In this document: in pieces, positions 28,959 through 32,000 of the stretch | Layout: the number at the start of each line of letters is the position of its first letter | Position numbering within the stretch: position 1 is the first letter of the stretch | From: Pasteurella multocida | GTDB lineage: Bacteria > Pseudomonadota > Gammaproteobacteria > Enterobacterales > Pasteurellaceae | Length of the DNA: 32,000 nucleotides | Direction: 5' to 3' | Assembly (NCBI RefSeq): GCF_900187275.1 | Contig: NZ_LT906458.1 | Location: 1,590,001-1,622,000 of the forward strand | Notes under the pieces: model-generated | The model's input: the letters and a program-made list of their open reading frames with translations, nothing else | Database searches by the model: none | Told to the model about the DNA's origin: nothing | Made by a program: the position numbers and the translations under genes

Positions 28959-29233
28959 AACGCCTCCTTAGTGACGAGATAATGTGATATAACCTATTGG
29001 CATACGGAAATTTCATGCTATTCATGAAAAATAAGGAAAAAACTGCGCAAAATACAGTTTAAATGAGATAGTATTGCACTTAACTAAGACAACTAATCGC
29101 CATTAATATAACAAAAATGCCTCAAAATCGCAAAAGTCCTCTTTTCGCGCCAACAGGCAAAAAGAGTAACTGAGTTTATTTTCCTGTCTTTCCTTGCTAT
29201 ATTTACGCAGTTTACATCTTCTAAGGATATCAA

Positions 29234-29488
29234 ATGACCCAATACAACAAACTGAGAATTGAATGGGATTGTCGGCGAGGAATGCTCGAACTGGATAACG
29301 TCATTATGCCATTTTATCGACAGCACTTTGACGCCTTATCTGACACACAAAAAGACACCTTTATTCGTTTATTAGCGTGTAGCGATTTACAGCTTTTTTC
29401 TTGGTTCTTTAATCGAGGTATGGCAACTGATCCTCAATTACAACAAATGGTTGATTACATTCAAAAAACATTGAAACTCACAGATTAA
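29234..29488 (+). CDS. sdhE: FAD assembly factor SdhE (YgfY/CptB family)
   Basis: 84 aa. RIEWDCRRGMLELD (RGxxE motif) and an overall YgfY-like sequence. Confidence 0.85.
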   Translation: MTQYNKLRIEWDCRRGMLELDNVIMPFYRQHFDALSDTQKDTFIRLLACSDLQLFSWFFNRGMATDPQLQQMVDYIQKTLKLTD

Positions 29489-29509
29489 TTTGTCTTTACA
29501 AAAAAGATT

Positions 29510-29536
29510 GAACTTTTTTTATTCGGCACCGTCTAA
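29510..29536 (+). promoter_or_regulatory. sigma-E-dependent (autoregulated) promoter of rpoE
   Basis: tGAACTT (-35, 29510-29515), a 16-nt spacer, then TCTAA (-10, 29532-29536). An A-rich tract lies upstream. The site is about 60 nt before the rpoE ATG. Same layout as the sigma-E-dependent promoter of E. coli rpoE. Confidence 0.65.
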
Positions 29537-29599
29537 CTGTTTGCAAGAGCTTGCTGTCTTTGAATATTAAGGCTTGTTAGAGGTGATATAAGAGGTTAT

Positions 29600-30175
29600 A
29601 TGGCTGAACAGCTAACAGATCAGGCTTTGGTAGAAAGAGTACAGCAAGGAGATAAAAAGGCCTTTAATTTATTGGTTTCTCGTTATCAAAATAAAGTGGC
29701 TGGTTTGCTGACTCGCTATGTGTCACAAAACGACATTCCTGATGTTGTACAAGAATCATTTATCAAAGCATATCGCTCGATTGATTCTTTTCGTGGTGAC
29801 AGTGCTTTCTACACATGGCTATATCGAATCGCCGTCAATACGGCAAAGAATTATTTAACTGCTCAAGGACGTCGCCCTCCTAATGAAGATATCTTAGCGG
29901 AAGAGGCTGAAAGTTATGAAATGGGCAGTAACTTACGGGATGTGGATACCCCGGAAAATGAAATGTTATCCAGCGAATTAAAGAAAATTGTATTTGATAC
30001 AATAAACGGTTTACAAGAAGATTTAAGAACGGCCATTACACTCCGCGAGCTTGAGGGCTTAAGCTACGAAGAGATCGCAGAAATTATGGATTGTCCAGTT
30101 GGAACTGTTCGCTCTCGAATTTTCCGTGCGCGTGAAATTATCGAAAGTAAAGTGCAACCTATGTTGCAACGTTAA
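29600..30175 (+). CDS. rpoE: ECF RNA polymerase sigma factor sigma-E
   Basis: 191 aa, nearly collinear with E. coli RpoE (EQLTDQ.LVERVQ.GD.KAFNLLV.RYQ.KV…DSAFYTWLYRIAVNTAKNYL…MDCPVGTVRSRIFRARE). Confidence 0.97.
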   Translation: MAEQLTDQALVERVQQGDKKAFNLLVSRYQNKVAGLLTRYVSQNDIPDVVQESFIKAYRSIDSFRGDSAFYTWLYRIAVNTAKNYLTAQGRRPPNEDILAEEAESYEMGSNLRDVDTPENEMLSSELKKIVFDTINGLQEDLRTAITLRELEGLSYEEIAEIMDCPVGTVRSRIFRAREIIESKVQPMLQR

Positions 30176-30221
30176 ATACAATACAAAAAATCCAAAACCA
30201 AGCAAAAGTTGGAGTGTCCAA

Positions 30222-30812
30222 ATGCAAAAAGAGTTACTTTCAGCCTATATTGATGGTGAACAAGTCAGCGCTGAATTGACTGAAAAATTATGCCAAGATG
30301 ACGAATTACAGCAATCTTGGGCAAATTTTCATACAATTCGTGCAGTCATGCGTCAAGAAAGCGAAGTATTACTGGGTGCAGATTTTACCGCGAAAATGGA
30401 AGCGCTCATTGAAGCAGAGGAAATGAAAGTCGTCACACCGATGATTTCACAACCGTTGCCAGAAGAAGTAGAACACTTACCATTTATGCAAAAACTCAAA
30501 GGTCTTTTTGCTCCCTTGGCACAAGTCGCTGTGGCGGCAAGCGTTTGCTTAGTTGCGGTGCTCGGCACACAATCTGTGATTACGGCTAAGAATGAAGCGC
30601 AAAACAATGTTGATGCGCCAATTTTACAAACCTTACCGTTTAATAATGTCGTACAGCAAGTAAGTTATAATGCACCGATTAAAGATGTAGTCACACCAGA
30701 GCAATTGGAACAAAAAAATAAACGCATTGGTACAATGTTACAAAACTATGAAGTACAACGTCGTCTTTATGCTGACTCTTTAATCTTAAATCAGCAAAAC
30801 ACACAAAAATAA
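30222..30812 (+). CDS. rseA: anti-sigma-E factor RseA
   Basis: The track ORF starts at 30099, inside rpoE. I trim it to the ATG at 30222 (GGAG SD at 30211) because MQKELLSAYIDGE matches the RseA N-terminus (MQKEQLSALMDGE). A central TM helix (VAVAASVCLVAVLG) is present. Confidence 0.9.
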   Translation: MQKELLSAYIDGEQVSAELTEKLCQDDELQQSWANFHTIRAVMRQESEVLLGADFTAKMEALIEAEEMKVVTPMISQPLPEEVEHLPFMQKLKGLFAPLAQVAVAASVCLVAVLGTQSVITAKNEAQNNVDAPILQTLPFNNVVQQVSYNAPIKDVVTPEQLEQKNKRIGTMLQNYEVQRRLYADSLILNQQNTQK

Positions 30813-30831
30813 TGTTTTTCGTTAATTCACC

Positions 30832-30863
30832 TTCACCACCTTTATAGGTGGTGAATTTGTTTT
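30832..30863 (+). terminator. terminator-like hairpin between rseA and rseB (possible attenuator or RBS-sequestering structure)
   Basis: ttcaccacc (30832-30840) pairs with ggtggtgaa (30847-30855), loop tttata, tail tttgtttt abutting the ATG at 30864. Confidence 0.5.
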
Positions 30864-31829
30864 ATGGTGGCAACTATGTTTAAAGCACTGCAAAAATCTC
30901 TCACCTTTTTCTTGCTCGCGCTCTGCTCATTTAACACATTTGCAGAAGAAAGCCTGTCGGCCAAACAAATTCTACTCAAAATGCCAGAAGCGCGCGAAAA
31001 ACTCAGCTATGAAATTGCTTTTGTAAAAACAACACCCGCCAATATGGATTCTTTACGTTATCGTCATCTTCATATTGATGGTAAATCCTATGCGCAGTTA
31101 GTGACTCTGGACGGTGTCCAACAAGAAATTGTGCTCAGGGATAATTTAGTCAGCTATTTCCAGCCGAATTTCCAACCTTTTACGATTCATAGCGCCCAAA
31201 TCATTGACAGTTTACCGGCACTGATGAATGCCAATTTTGAACGGTTAGAAAAATACTATGATTTTGTCAAAATGGGGCGTAATCGTGTTGCTAACCGCCT
31301 TGTGCAAACAATTCGCATTTTGCCAAAAGATGATTTCCGTTACCAATATGTCGCCTTTATTGATGAAGAAAATCATTTGCTACTACAAAGTGACATTCTC
31401 GATCGCGATGGTAACTTATTAGATCAATTTCGTGTCGTCAATCTGTATATTGGCGATGGCTTACAAGGTTTAGCAGAATATCTCGAAAATATTGTGTTCC
31501 CACCATTACTGATTGATAAAAAAGAAGAGACAACGCCAACATTCCACTGGCAAACCAGCTGGTTACCACAGGGGTTTGTCAAAATAAATCAAGCTGTGGG
31601 ATTAGACGATGAACGCCATATTGAAAGCCAATTATACAGTGACGGGTTATTCTCTTTTACGCTTTATGTGTCTGATCCGATTGCCGAGGTCAATTTAGAT
31701 AATACGTGGAAACAAGGAACTTATACGATTTACAGTGAAATGATCAATGGCAAAGAAATTACCTTTGTTGGTCAATTACCGATTTCCACCGCAAAACGTA
31801 TCGTGCAAGATATTCAGTTCAAAAAGTAA
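30864..31829 (+). CDS. rseB: sigma-E regulatory protein RseB (MucB/RseB family)
   Basis: 321 aa. Signal peptide (…SFNTFA|EE), MucB/RseB-like body, position after rseA. An alternative start is the ATG at 30876 (MFKALQ…), preceded by GGTGG. Confidence 0.88.
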   Translation: MVATMFKALQKSLTFFLLALCSFNTFAEESLSAKQILLKMPEAREKLSYEIAFVKTTPANMDSLRYRHLHIDGKSYAQLVTLDGVQQEIVLRDNLVSYFQPNFQPFTIHSAQIIDSLPALMNANFERLEKYYDFVKMGRNRVANRLVQTIRILPKDDFRYQYVAFIDEENHLLLQSDILDRDGNLLDQFRVVNLYIGDGLQGLAEYLENIVFPPLLIDKKEETTPTFHWQTSWLPQGFVKINQAVGLDDERHIESQLYSDGLFSFTLYVSDPIAEVNLDNTWKQGTYTIYSEMINGKEITFVGQLPISTAKRIVQDIQFKK

Positions 31830-31837
31830 GGCATAAC

Positions 31838-32000
31838 ATGTTAAAAGAAACAGCCATTGTGATTGACTACCAATCCGGCATGGCAAAAGTAAAATGTCAA
31901 TCACAAAGTGCTTGTGGAGCTTGTGCAGCACAAAATGCCTGTGGCGCCTCCGCTCTCTCTGAACTCACTGGAGAAAAGGGAGAGCACATTTTTTGGATTG
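31838..32000 (+). CDS. rseC: RseC/SoxR-reducing system protein, N-terminal part (runs off the window edge)
   Basis: Absent from the ORF track because it is edge-truncated. Hand translation gives MLKETAIVIDYQSGMAKVKCQSQSACGACAAQNACGASALSELTGEKGEH…, which parallels the E. coli RseC N-terminus (…SCDVKASCSSCASRAGCG…). Position after rseB. Confidence 0.8.
   Translation, partial: MLKETAIVIDYQSGMAKVKCQSQSACGACAAQNACGASALSELTGEKGEHIFWI

Noticed and set aside
28917-28959. When hand-counting the T run around 28917-28921 near the betT 5' end, I placed the TTG start codon one nucleotide away from the ORF-track coordinate. That would imply a frameshift at a 5-nt homopolymer.
   Set aside because: The ORF track was computed from this same sequence and shows one uninterrupted 668-aa frame with the expected N-terminus. 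A miscount of a homopolymer on my part is far more likely. A trivial re-translation would settle it.

Overview
This window looks like ordinary core chromosome from a Pasteurellaceae-type gammaproteobacterium. That assignment is inferred from 12 exact copies of the Hin-type uptake signal sequence AAGTGCGGT, found by eye, and from gene content and synteny. Gene order is: hemD (partial) and hemC (-); cyaA-narP (+); tamA-tamB-ppx/gppA (+); glmU (-); an orphan lipoprotein (+); rsmJ, trmA, maoP(yifE), dsbA and yihD (all -); mobA (+); a second orphan lipoprotein (+); fruB-fruK-fruA-like (+); torD, torZ, torY and a small torE/napE-like ORF absent from the ORF track (all -); a BCCT (betT-like) transporter (-); sdhE (+); rpoE-rseA-rseB-rseC (partial) (+). 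I found no rRNA, tRNA, CRISPR array, transposase, integrase, phage genes or recognisable defence genes, and no convincing novel multi-gene system. The items most worth a second look are these. (1) The fruA position encodes three IIB-type PTS modules, no IIC channel domain, and a Cys-rich segment followed by a single C-terminal hydrophobic helix. (2) The molybdoenzyme operon has four genes, torE-torY-torZ-torD, with a near-consensus FNR box correctly spaced from a TATAAT. (3) There are two sigma-E-type promoter matches, one upstream of rpoE and one inside yihD pointing into dsbA. (4) A terminator-like hairpin sits between rseA and rseB. All protein-family calls rest on recognising motifs in the supplied translations and on synteny. 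No database search was run.
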